A stretch of DNA of 64,000 bases, from NCBI GenBank assembly GCA_015680685.1, contig MNCI01003473.1:196835-260834 (forward strand), in the 5' to 3' direction. The notes beneath the pieces were generated by a model. It was not told where the DNA came from. It searched no databases and worked only from the letters and a program-made list of their open reading frames with translations. Each line of letters begins with the position of its first letter. The stretch's first letter is position 1. This DNA comes from Gnetum montanum (taxonomy: Eukaryota > Plantae > Gnetophyta). The translations under genes were made by a program, and so were the position numbers. Below, one piece after another: positions 28,501-40,900 of the stretch.

Positions 28501-31500
28501 TCATAAATCTAGAGTGCCATATTAAGATCAGGTTTGGAGACTTTTGAAAGCAAGGCCTTCCATTCCATTAGTAGTACCTTATGATAAAGATAGCAAATAA
28601 TTCATATGCTTAAGGGATTCCTTTTGAAATGTTTATTTTCTTAGAAGATACATGAATTACATTAAAGTTACCAATTCAAATGCTTCAATTACCATACAAG
28701 AAAAATTACACTTTATTATTTCACAAGAAAGCAACAATGCCATATCATAGCTTAATTAAGAGTATAGAACACAAGACATTTATGTTTAAACAACAATGAA
28801 TGTTTAATCAAAGGCTTTTAATCCATGAATTATAGTCAAGGGCTTTAAATCACTTGAAACCAATATATTCTAGTTAAGAATTCATAACATGATTTATTAG
28901 TAAAAACTTTAAAAGTAGTACAAGCAAGTTGTTATAGCATATTATAGTTCAAGATCAAGTGGAAATTTCTTTTCATTTGCAAATATTTTCAATAGCTTTC
29001 ATTCAACCATAAATATAAACTACTCTAGTCTAATCTCATCAAGCCAAGGAATAATGATTATAACTATACTTATCTTGCTTGTTGACAAATCAAGGTGTCT
29101 AAGGAGATTGGAACTGAGGTTCTCCTTTCAAAGTTCCTCCTTTCATACCAATTTTGTTTATTTCTAAGGTCTTGGTTTCTTTTACAAAATTGTTGAGAGT
29201 TCTTGCACTTCCTTCTTTTGCTTGATTCTTCACAGCTTTTTTTTCTCTTTACCCTTTTGATTTGTCCTCCATTCCTTTTTTCCTTGCATGATTTCCTTTC
29301 TAAGTGCATTTGGGTGAGATCAAGGACTCTTATGATATAACCAAGTGTTTTTAAATTTCAATTGCATTTCTTATGCCCAAATCTATTACAATAATAACAG
29401 CTAACCTTTCTATTGTGGTTAAATTGATCAAACCTTGGAGCTACTATTGGTTAGAATGTAGTACCTATTGATATTTCAATCTTTGAAGAAGCCTTTTGTT
29501 TGGATGAAGTTTGTGTAGATGCTTCTTCTTGTGGACAACATCCTAGTCCATTGTTATCATGTGGACTTCTTCCTTGTCCTAGAATGATGCAAAGGGATTC
29601 TTTTCCTTTGACAAGCCTGTCATTCACCAATTTAATATCTACAAGGTCTTTTTTCATTTGCTCACAAGACAAGGTTATTTTTTTGTTCTCAACCCTTAGG
29701 TTTGAGTTTTCTTGTAAAATTTCTAAATATTTTGCATTAAGTAGAGATAAATCTTGATATTTTTCTTTGACAACTTTTTTAGCTTTATACAAAGATTTTT
29801 GAAGGACAACAATTCATTGCAAAAAAGATCATATCTTTCCTCATCAATTTTACTTGGTCATCATTTTTCATTTTGTAGTTATCATAATCCATGAGAGCCA
29901 TGTAGATGATATGTGAGTTCATTGTAGTGTTATCTACCTCTTTCTCACTTTGTTCTCCATTGTCCTATCTAGTGTAGATATTTTTTGCCTTCTTATCTTC
30001 TTGAGCTTTATCATCAAATATTAGATCATTGATGGGTTCTTGATTAATCAAGCCTATGCATAATAGATTTGAATCTTCGAGTGTATTTCTTATTTCCTCT
30101 TTGACATCCCTACTTGTATAGATATTACTTCTTCTCCTTTCTTCACTATACTCTTTTTCTTGTAACTTGTAAGCATTGGGGCATTTAGAGTCATATGGCC
30201 TCTTCCTCCACGTATTTAGCATTCCATAGAAAAGGTATTAAAATTTAAAAGTTTAGACTGCTTACCTCTACTCTTACCTTTGGTGCTCAAAATGTTGCTA
30301 ATGAGTTGAGTACATCCATCCAAGTTGAATGCCCAAACTAAGAACCTTACATATTTAAATAACTCTTGCATTTGAGTTTTCCAACATGTAAAGGTGACCC
30401 CATTGAACATTTGTAAGTTGATTTATAATCCTTCTTCCATTGTTCACTCTTGAGTTGTTATTCTCAAAATCAAGAATATCGAGCTTTGATACCACTTGAG
30501 GATCAAGAACTTAAAAGGCGTGAGGGCGGGAGGAGGGGATGTGTATGTGTGTGTGTGTGTGTGTTGAAAAAATTTCCAAATTAAAATGCTATAGCCACCA
30601 AAATACACACAACATGGTTTTCAAACTTGGGTATGCCCACACTCAGAGGGTAGAATCTATGCATACCTCTAAACTTTGTTTCTTCATAAAGTGGTTTGAA
30701 GGACACCCCACCTTGTACAAGCTTTGAGCTTCACTCTAGAGTGTTTTGTCACTATAAAACCACTCAACCTTGAAAGGTCCTAGCATGCTCAAAATGTGGT
30801 TTAGAGGATCTCAAAACCTTCACAAAATTGAGCTCCTCCTTGAAGTATTTTGATGTCACAAAATCACTTAATCCCACAAGATCTTGACAAGCTCAACAAA
30901 GATCTTTTCTCACAAGAAGCACATCAACCCCATAGGGCTACAAAGAAAAAAGGAAAGAAAGAAAGAGAAGGAGAGAGTGTAACTACACTTTACAAGTTCC
31001 TTGCAATTAAGCTCTCACAAAACAACATAAAAATGATATACAATGAAGAACACAAGTGCTACACAAGATGCATATAATAATGATCCAATTGTGTGAATAG
31101 TGCTAAGTATCTCTCATGAGTTCCTCTTTGTTTGATACTCTTTGAGCTTTCAAAAACCCCTTGAAAATTTTCCAACAACTAGATAATGGCTACCTAAGAC
31201 ATATAATTTGAAGTGGAGATGTATTTTTATCAACACTGTTAATTATGTAATGAAATCTACCTGAAATGACATTTACTTATAGATGTCTATCCTTAGACGC
31301 CTACATGTAGATGGCTATCTTCAAAGATAGACATTTGTTGTTTGTCACAGATGTCTAGTCTACCTTTTCACTTTGGAATTTGAGGCATTCCCTTGTTAAT
31401 TTAACATATTGTTAGTTTTCAAACCATCTTCGTTTGGCTTGCAGAATCCTCTTGTATCCTAGCTCCTATCTTGTCATTCCAATGTAGCTTTCATTTTGAA

Positions 31501-31715
31501 GTCTTGGATCTTCTTATCATCTCAATGTAGCTCTATTTTTGACTCAAAATTTTCTCTTTATCCTAATCTAATGTCCTGATACATTAAAGCTCTTGATTGT
31601 GCTATTGTCCTGATCTCATCATGCTCTTTGTCTACCCTTAAGACTTGCAAGACAATACAAATACATTTTACACATTCTACATTTTCTAAATTTTTGATAT
31701 ACCAAAAGGTTAACA
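25522..31715 (-). mobile_element. Second Sirevirus-like pol-less element (LTRs 25522-26715 and 30497-31715)
   Basis: PBS TGGTATCAAAGCTC at 30481-30494 (minus). PPT at 26716-26730. Gag remnants 30410-29070 (MFNGVTFTCWKTQMQ, LGQGRSPHDNNGLG). Host gag resumes at 31716. TSD decayed (GGTCA/GCTAA, 3 of 5). Confidence 0.88.
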
Positions 31716-32719
31716 GCTAATGTCTCCTATGATGTTACCAACTATGCCTTCTCTTCTAATGATATTCCTCCTCTTACAACCACTATTTATGTTCCCTTTT
31801 TACATCTTTACATTGGGGTCTTTTGTCATCTCTAGCTTGGTCTTGATCATTCCTCCTTTGGTCTTGATCATGTTCCCTCTTATTAGAGCTTGAAGATGAG
31901 GAGGAGGATGAGGATGGAGAACTCAAAGAGTAATGGTAGCTTTTCCTTCTTTTGTAGTCCTTTGGTTGTTCTTTTGATGAATGGATAAAGGAACTTAGCC
32001 TTAAGGTTCTTCTAGTTCTAGGAATTGATATTTCCTTACCTTAATTGCTTGTTATGGTTAAATGTAACCATGAATGAATTACATTATCTTCACCAAAGGG
32101 AGGAGAACATTGGTGCTAAGATTGCCTTGATGGAAGTTCAGTGTCCTTCTTCTCTAATTATGAGGTCAATGAGATTGGGACCTTCTTGTTCTTGGACATT
32201 CATGTTGGGTGTCCATGAGTTTATCTTTTCTAAGTTGAGCTTCTATTACTGGATAGTCTCTAGAGAGGTGTTTCTTCACTTGTTATTCTAGGGTTGTTGG
32301 TTGAAACACTATCTTCAAAAGTACTATCATGAATAGTGATGAAATAGCATGATTAGGAGGAAACACAATGTTACCCTCCAAGTTTCTCCAGCATAATTGC
32401 TCATCTTGGTGAAGCATGAAAGTAAAATCCATGTAATAAGGATCTAGATGAGCATAGAAAACTATCAATTATTAAGGTACTTCATCAATGTTTCTCCTGG
32501 TTCTAACATGTTGTTTATTAAGATCATTAGTAGATGGAGAATCGACGTTGTGAGAAGAAGACATTTTAGTTTGTTATTTTTGTAGTATATCTTAAAATAA
32601 AATTTTAGTATTATTATTTTTAGGATGATGCATTATACTCTTACAATGATCTTGTATGATTTAACTATCTAAAACACTTAGTGCACATAACTAAAAGGTA
32701 TCGTTGGCAATTATGCTAA

Positions 32720-33607
32720 TGATGAGTAGTGGGAATTCCCTACATCCAATCATATGAATCAAAAGTGTGTATGTGAGATCTGGTCAAAATTTGTGAATCT
32801 CTTCTACCTAAGTGGCTTTTGTCCTAAATAGTCAGACATGAGGTTACTAGTCATTGTCTCTTTCCAGTCATCACTTGTGTTAATTTTGTCCATATGGCTA
32901 AGTGTGATTGAGGTGTCAGGTATTTGTATTTATAATTTTATAATTTTTTATCTTTAAAAGTATTGAGAGAAGAAGTAATTGAAATATTGAACTTTATCTT
33001 ATTAATAACTAAACTATTCTAAATGCAAACTATTCATTCCCATTTTTTCTACACATCATGAACTCATATTAATGCCATTGGATTACTAGGTGCTTACTGC
33101 TAGGTGAACCAAGTATTCATTGTTGGGATTACCAAGCATTAGTATATTATGCTTGAAGTGGTCATATTCACATTACTATGGAATAAAATACTAAATGCTT
33201 AAGTATAGAATAGTAAATTTCATGTAAAGTAAAATGTTTATAAGTAAACTAAATACTAATTCAAGTGCTGCAAGTGAGAGAATAATTCTCAATTTTATTT
33301 CTGTCATCCAACACTATACAGATACATCTTACACTCAAATAAAACTTTGTAGAATTTATTTAATCCATGCTATAAGCACTTAGAGAAAAATTTCGTTATG
33401 TCCTGTGGAAAAAACTACAATATCTTCACTAGGAGAATGATAAAAGGTGTCATAAATGTGGCTTGTACACACATTTATATAGACTTATGGAGGATCAACA
33501 TCAACACATATGCACCAATGCATCCAAGGATGTATCGATAGGAATGCATTGATGAGGCTATGTCAATAGGTATGCCTTGACATAACTAACTTATTTAGGC
33601 TTAATCA
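32720..33607 (-). repeat. 5' LTR of X1
   Basis: Homologous to 7579-8444. Followed on the minus strand by TTAGCATAATTGCCAACGA, consistent with a transition-decayed TTGGCGCCGTTGCCGGGGA PBS. Confidence 0.85.
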
Positions 33608-33777
33608 ACATTGTTCTCTACCTTTCCTTCTCTAAAAGATTGCCTAAGTTTGCAAAAGGTCTTTCAAAAATTCTACCAAAATTTTCCTTCTAAATTACCA
33701 GTTTTGACTTTTATAGATCCAAAATGTGACATCCTATCGCTGGATGTCATGGCAAAAGTCAAATATCTGATATATTA

Positions 33778-33881
33778 GACATTATGTGTATGAAGAAAAT
33801 ATACTAAATGTGAAATGTATTTGACATTTGACATTATTTGTATGAAGAAAATATACTAAATGTGAAATGTATGTGACATTT
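33778..33881. repeat. 52-bp tandem duplication in the 3' LTR of Z
   Basis: GACATTAT.TGTATGAAGAAAATATACTAAATGTGAAATGTAT.TGACATTT occurs twice. Single copy in the 5' LTR. Confidence 0.9.
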
Positions 33882-34773
33882 GACATTATGTATAAAGGAA
33901 ATAATAGGAAAAATGCAAAAAGAGAAAGAACAGAATGCTTTATTGATATGGAATAGTGTATCTAGATTATTCTTCAAGAGTGTTCCTTGGGGTTTTCTTC
34001 CTTTTGCATATATTCCTAAGAGGAAATCCATTACTACCACCATGGTTAGGCCTATAACCTGGCTAGAAGGGATGGCTAGTCCACTTCTTGTTCTGCTTCA
34101 CCTATCTTTCATGACCTGCCTATACTAGCTCTACCACTCCATGTTGGCACAACCTCTAAGCCTAGGTATAAATGCCTTAGGTCAAATCCCCAAAGGTTAC
34201 CTCAAGAGACACACCTATTATTACATGTCCTTTTGGGTCTTAATTACAATTGCCCTTTTAGGTCTTGTTACAATAACAATAACACTTGTTATGAAGAGAC
34301 ACCATCTTTGTTAGGAAACAAAATAATTTGGAAATGGGGACATGACAATCTACCCTCCTTAGGTTTTGTTCATCCTCAAACGATATCTTTTTCTAGCTCC
34401 AATACTTCTGTTATGCTTCCATGCTTGAATAATTTAATTTCTCCTTTGAACTTGAAGTTATTTCTTGCTTATTCTACAAATAAAATATATGTGAGAAGAA
34501 TTATATGGAAAATTAAATATTACTTTCTTAATACTTACTTCATTTTCTAAGATAATGACAAGAGATGAGTTAAAGATATACCAACCACCAATCACCAATC
34601 CTAACCAGGGTCACACAAAGTGCAACTCATTTCTGGTTACCCAAGTTAAGGTAGGGAAAATTCTTTATTCCCAACATGCATTACCTTATATATTTTACTT
34701 TTCTAATTAAAATATAAATTAAATAATTAAGAAAATAATAATATTATAAATAAAAGTAAAAGTAAGATATTTC

Positions 34774-35769
34774 TTAATCTTGATCAACCTTGTGAATTGA
34801 TGGAAATAATTGTAATTTTTCCATAAGTGATATATGATTAGAAGGTCTTATTCTAGATGGTAAGGCTTGATCTTGATTCTTCTCAACTTCTTCTTTAGAA
34901 ATTAACTCTAGTAACTTGATAACTTGGAAGAATTGGACATTGTACCAAATATAATCCAAAGTCTTAATGAATAATGGTGTTAATCCATCTTCATTAATCA
35001 TAGTAGAGAAATTACTAAATTGTGGTTATTAATGAGCAATATCTAGCAATGTCATCTATTTCTGAATTTTGGAATCTCATTTGTTTACTAAAGATTCAAA
35101 ATAAGTAGAATATGCACTAGCCAATGAAATTGTATGTTGAATTGATGGAAATATCTTCTTTAAATAAAGTTTATCTTCCAAAGATTCCTTTACACATCCA
35201 TATTTTAAGAATTGATAAACACTACTTCCAACTTTTTCATTGAAATCTCCACAAAGAATAAATGGAAATAGATCAATATAACTTAGGAATAACTTATTCT
35301 TCAAACTTTCCTCTATTTGTTTAATGAAGTATGCTCCTTCACATAGTTTAACATCTGAACATGTTGGTCTAACAATTAAATGTGTGTTAACCATGCATAC
35401 ACATCTTCCTAATAATTGGATTTTTAGAATTACTACCAAGGCTATATGATTTTTCTAAAATCTTAATTGTTCTTTCTTTTCCATCTCTTGAAGTTTTGGA
35501 ATTTCAAAAATCATATTCTCTAAAACCCATTCAAATCTTTGTACCAATTCAAACTTGGCATCTTTATAAAAGGTCCCACAACTATTCATGTTGTGATTTT
35601 TGCAATAGGCTAATCTATATGACTCAAAATAAGAATTTCCACATGAACCTTTTTGCTTATAAATACCTCTGTATCCCATATTTCCCAAGTCTAGTTGGAA
35701 TTGATATAGAAATTTCCATGGCAAGACTTCTTGTAAGCATAAGACATCAGCATCAAAACCTTCTAACTC
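34774..35769 (-). pseudogene. CCR4: Intronless CCR4/nocturnin-family deadenylase (EEP domain), 5' end hidden in an assembly gap
   Basis: One reading frame gives DADVLCLQEV, GYRGIYKQK, NSCGTF, VCMVNTHL, DVKL, ILCGDFN, LASAY, PQFSN, TLDYIWY, LLEL, ALPS..PSNHISL in CCR4 order. Five in-frame stops, no frameshift. Confidence 0.9.
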
Positions 35770-35770
35770 T

Positions 35771-36160
35771 NNNNNNNNNNNNNNNNNNNNNNNNNNNNNN
35801 NNNNNNNNNNNNNNNNNNNNNNNNNNNNNNNNNNNNNNNNNNNNNNNNNNNNNNNNNNNNNNNNNNNNNNNNNNNNNNNNNNNNNNNNNNNNNNNNNNNN
35901 NNNNNNNNNNNNNNNNNNNNNNNNNNNNNNNNNNNNNNNNNNNNNNNNNNNNNNNNNNNNNNNNNNNNNNNNNNNNNNNNNNNNNNNNNNNNNNNNNNNN
36001 NNNNNNNNNNNNNNNNNNNNNNNNNNNNNNNNNNNNNNNNNNNNNNNNNNNNNNNNNNNNNNNNNNNNNNNNNNNNNNNNNNNNNNNNNNNNNNNNNNNN
36101 NNNNNNNNNNNNNNNNNNNNNNNNNNNNNNNNNNNNNNNNNNNNNNNNNNNNNNNNNNNN
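35771..36160. other. Assembly gap (390 N)
   Basis: Run of N. Confidence 1.
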
Positions 36161-36759
36161 TTAAATTTATGATATCATTAAATTATTAGGTACCCAAATG
36201 ATAAATCTGAACTTACCATTGAATTCAGAAGGGCAAAAATGTTTGAAACATCTATTCATATGATGAAATTGGACATCATATGCTTGAGTTATGCTAAAAT
36301 CATAAACTTTGAGGCTTTCAATGCACTATATTTGGCAAAGGGTAAAAACTAAATTTTCAAGTTTTTTGGGACTAATCTAACTTCACCATTTGGTTTGGAA
36401 GATTGAAATTTGTAGGAAATCACACTTCATTTAGCAAAAAAGGCTTTTGAAATCAAAAGTTATGATAGGTTGAAGGCTTTTGGCATAAAAAACAAGACTT
36501 CCTAAGAGGTCATCCATCCTAGTTCTACTTCAAAACAAGTGTACTTAATGATCAAGTTTTTATTTCCATTGTTACAAAGGTACAAAATTTAAATTTTTAA
36601 AAATAGTTTTGCTCATTATTAATTTAAATTGATGATCTAATGATGGGAATTTTAAATTTTTTTTTTCAGTTGACAAGCATTTCAAAATTTCTATTAGTTG
36701 ATGGAAATTTTAAATTTTTCATCTACTAACACAGAATCTTTCCATTATGTGGTAGTAGG

Positions 36760-37960
36760 GACAATGACGATACCAGCCATGGTGGTGTGCTAGTGGCGGA
36801 GTCTAGGGAGGTAGTTGGTGATGTCAACAACCAGGCTAGGCAGGGATGTTCCAGCATTTCCTATTGCTGGTGGCTTTGCAAGGCTAGTGAAGGTAATGCT
36901 AAGTGATGTGGCCATTTTCTAGGGTCTCCCTAGGGCTTGTGTGGCCTTGCACTAGGCTTGCATGGTCCATCTCAATGTCTATGTAGCCCATTGACTAGGC
37001 CCACATGGCTCCTTTACTAGGCATGCATAGCCCTTCTAGTGGGCCTAAGTGGCCCTTTTTAGGGCTAGTGCAACCCATCATTGGGCTCATGCTACCCCTT
37101 TCTATGGTCCATGTGGCCTATCACTAGCTTGTGTGGCCTCAAGTAGGGCTTTCATGGCTTCTATCAACTCACATAGTTGAACAAGGTGGGCACGGTGCAT
37201 CCTTCCAAAAGAGGTGATGATTGATGCTATCAGGAGAGGCAATGATCTACAGCAAGGGAGGAGATGATCAATGACATGAGAGGCGATGACATGCAATATG
37301 GAAGGTGATGATTGGCGACATGAGACACGATGATCTATAATAGGGAAGGCAATGACTCACAACATAGGAGGTGATGATTTGTAGCATGGGAGGCGATGAT
37401 CAATGGTAGGGAAGGCAATGACTCGTAGTGCCATCGATGCCTATAGAGCATTGGGATAGGTAATGATCAATGGCACTAATAGAGAATAGGCAGCGTAGAA
37501 GGTAACTAAGGGTGGTCATGGTAGAGGATGGTGGTGGAATGTGCAATAATGCAGTGGAAAAATGTGCTATGGGTGGCACGAGAAAGTGGCAGCATGAAGG
37601 TTTTGGTCATTGGCCAAAAAGAAGGTGATGCATCATGGATGTCCATTGCTATTGGCTAGTGGCTTGTGTCCATTGATCCAGCTTGTAGATCCTATTATGG
37701 AAAGGTTGGCGATGGCCCACCATCATGGCACCATGGTGCTACATGCAGAGGTAGTTATGGTAGAAGGCATTAGGAGGTAGCATGTAGTGAGCTATTGTAA
37801 GATGTAGGTGGTAGTTGACAGAAGGTTGCACAAGGTGACAGAGGGTATGCCACTACTGGTCATTTTTTGGCCACAATGCTATGTTGCTAGGCTTGCTAGT
37901 CCTTGTTGCATGGTGTGACCAACCTTGATGCGGCTGGCAGCAGGGCTAGTCATGACCCTA
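36760..37960. repeat. GC-rich block with degenerate ~20-22-bp tandem repeats inside Z
   Basis: Recurring GTGGCC/GGGCT units at ~36900-37160 and GGAGG(C/T)GATGAT / GGCAATGA units at ~37210-37470. Confidence 0.6.
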
Positions 37961-40900
37961 ACTACTAGGATTATTTTTTACATTATTATTATTATTATTA
38001 TTTTTTATGACACATATATATTAAAATAAAACTAAATGAGGGGATCTTGGGTTCAAACCCCTAACCTCTTGGCTCTTTTAATATATATATAACTAACAAG
38101 GAATGGGGCTTGGATTTGAACCCATGATCTATTGTTTCAATTTTTTTAAGATAAAAAACTTTTTGGGATTGGGGTTGAACCTGCAACCTCCTACTTCTCA
38201 AAAATGTTCTTTTTTTAAAAAAAAGCTTTTTATTATTATTTTATTTCACCTTATTTTGATGGTTGACATGGTGGTTCAGCCAATGACAAGGTGAAAGTTC
38301 AGTGTCAGTAAATGACAATTTTAGGTTGATTCTTAACACTATAATTTTGACATTGTTTTTGAAAATAAGTTTGATCAAGATGAAATTTGTATCATTAGAA
38401 TCATCTCGATGAGTACTACCTATTGGACATAGTCTTAAGGTTTAAAAATGAAGTTGATTTTTCAAGAATTAAAAAGACAAAACTAGCCTATTTTGTTGAA
38501 TTGACATTTCCAGGCTAACATAGGTAACTTGAAATCTTCTAGATTACTTAGATAATGGCTTTCAACAAAAAAAGATCAATTCAAGTCATGGTTACTAACT
38601 TTCTTGAAAAAAATTTAACAATGATCTTAATCAATTAATAATTTTAGTATTAAGATGGGTAAGAGTTACCTATATTGGTGTATCATTTTCTTATCAACAT
38701 CTCTTGTAATTGATGAATCTTGATGAGGTGTGATCATATCTTCATTGGTTAATGATATCCATGAAAGAATGTTTTTGGTTGCTAGGCTCTAGATTCCCAA
38801 TCCATTATTCGTGAAATCAATGAAAAGGTATCATCGAACTTACATCATAGACATATGGTGCATTTGATAATGATTAACGACTTTCCCTATGTTGTGGCTT
38901 CAAGGTTCATCATCAGGTTCATGTTGTAGTTGGCCCATAGTTCTGAATAGCCCTTGGGTCATGGTTTTCTCTAATACCAATTGTGACATCCCATCCTTAG
39001 ATGTCATGCCAAATGTCAAATATATGATATATTAGACAGTATGCGTATGAAGAAAATAATCAAATATGAAATATATATGATATTTAACATTATGTATAAT
39101 GGAAATAATAAGAAAAATGTAAAAAGAGAAAGAAAAGAATGCTTTATTGATATGGAATAGTGTATCTGGATCATGCTCTAAGAGTGTTTCTTGGGATTTT
39201 CTTCCTTTGACATCTATCCCTTAAAGGCAATCCAACATTTCCACCATAGTTAGGCCTATAACTTGGCTAGGAGGGATGGATAATCCACTTTGTGACTTGC
39301 TTATATTGGATCTGCCACTCCATGCTAGCACAACCTCTAAGCCTGGGTATAACTGCATTAGGTCAAATCCCCAAAGGTTACCTCAAGAGACACATCTGTT
39401 ATTACAACATGCCCTTTCGAGTCTCAATTACAACTACACTTTCGAGTCTTTTTACAATAACAATAACACTTGTTATGAAGAGACACCATCTTTGTTAGGC
39501 AACAACATCATTTGGGAATGTGGACATGACACAAAACATAATTTTGTTCATACTAAAGGGTTGTGTAGGCTACTAGACATAATTAAGAATCCTATTTTCT
39601 TAGTTTTGACTTTTGCAACATGTTTTCTAGCATATTCTTCTAAATACCCTATGAACCAAAAATACATTGGGATAGATTTACACTGAGATTACATAAAGAA
39701 TAATTTTGAATAAAATAGAAGTGCCACAATATGGATTTTCTAAAATAAATTATAGAACTACTTTTACGCTTAATCCTTCCTTTAGAATTACAAATGAATG
39801 ACATGATTAGGGCTTTGAAAACTTTTTGTTCTACCCAATTCAAAATTAAAACCTAACCTTTCTATTTAGATTAGATACAAATTATTTTTTAAGGTGTTTC
39901 ATTAGCCTCCCTTTATTGATTTTTTAAGGTTAGACCAAGGAATATCAACAAAAAATGCTAAAACATCATTGCAATTCTACTATGCATACTTCCTCTTTCT
40001 ACCTAACCTCATAGATGTCAAATCATGTTGATGAAGGGAGCATGAATGGTTGAGTGTTGAGAACATCAAGAGAAATGATGAGATAGGTGAGGATTATGAT
40101 ATTTTAGTAAGGAAGTGTTACAAGACCTTGGCACATAGATATTTGGCCATAACATGATGTTGCAAACACGCATTCATGATACTTCTTTTTGTTTTTTGTT
40201 TTTAGATATAAGATCATAATGATTGGCTAGAAGTTTAACTATTAAAGATTACTAGTAGAAAAATGGTTACATTTGATAGATTCAACTTCCATTTGTAACA
40301 TTCATGATTCAACATTTATTATGTTTCAGGGTACTTCTCTCTCTCTCTCTCTCATGAGAGAAGGAAATCTTAGCCATGATTATTAACAAGCTTTAGCAGG
40401 TTCAAAGGACACTTTTATGAATGTTAGGTTTTAATTAGTTCAATACCTACATGTCAAAAATCTTACTACATGTAATTGTTATTGTAACATGTCATAAGAT
40501 CAATGATTCACATCATTTAGGTGAAATAGTAGCAAATGCTATACAAGAAAAGGAAAATTCCATGAGTATTAAACTCACTACAAGTGTGATCATGCGAAGT
40601 GACAAGAAGAAGAATGAAAAAGAGAAACTTTGGTTATCATGGTTAAACAACTTGATGAAGTAAGGTATTTCGAGGTCATGAGATAACTTAGTGTTCTAAT
40701 GAATAGTACCTTTGTAACATCTTCTGGCATAACTTGTTGACACAACTAGGAGAAAACCAACTAGCCACTTCAAAAGTACACATCTAATAAAAGAGAAAAG
40801 TAAACATAAGCATAGAATAAGTAATGTCTAAGCTAGGATACCTTCTTAAGGGTTTTGATATGGATAATAGTGAAAATTAGTAGGTTTTGATGCTCCACTA

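Larger units (their letters stand above)
7579..33607 (-). mobile_element. Full-length Athila-like Ty3/gypsy element X1 (~12.5 kb native plus two nested insertions)
   Basis: Homologous LTRs 7579-8444 and 32720-33607. TSD ATATT/ACATT. PPT (minus TGGGGGTA) at 8445-8452. Decayed tRNA-Asp-type PBS at ~32701-32719. Internal gag-PR-RT-RH-INT remnants. Confidence 0.88.
33725..39531 (-). mobile_element. Non-autonomous LTR retroelement Z carrying a CCR4-like gene
   Basis: LTRs 33725-34347 and 38982-39531 (TGTGACA...CATGACA). Perfect CAAAA TSD (33720-33724, 39532-39536). iMet PBS (minus TGGTATTAGAG) at ~38969-38979. PPT (minus AAGGAGGGTAGAT) at 34348-34360. Host LTR resumes exactly after the TSD. Confidence 0.92.
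6936..39901 (-). mobile_element. 3' LTR of Tat/Ogre-like element Y, split into three pieces (6936-7578, 33613-33724, 39537-39901) by insertions X1 and Z
   Basis: The three pieces concatenate to ~1.12 kb colinear with 46373-47480. PPT (minus strand AAAGGGAGGCTAA) sits at 39902-39914 next to the TG terminus. Left boundary approximate. Confidence 0.8.

Noticed and set aside
34774-35769. EEP domain as a LINE endonuclease
   Set aside because: LINE endonucleases share QE/GDFN/SDH, but this sequence also has CCR4-type GY.G.YK.K, DVKL, SAY, TLDYIWY and ALPS blocks. No RT follows the stop.
35496-36164. 222-aa plus-strand ORF in the track
   Set aside because: Artefact of translation through the N gap. 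It is antisense to the CCR4-like frame.
38640-38963. Possible gag start right after the Z PBS (minus-strand ATG at ~38963)
   Set aside because: Frame closes after ~20 codons and no gag motif is recognisable, so it is not supportable.
40451-40663. 70-aa ORF as a host exon
   Set aside because: No recognisable motif, and it lies inside element Y.
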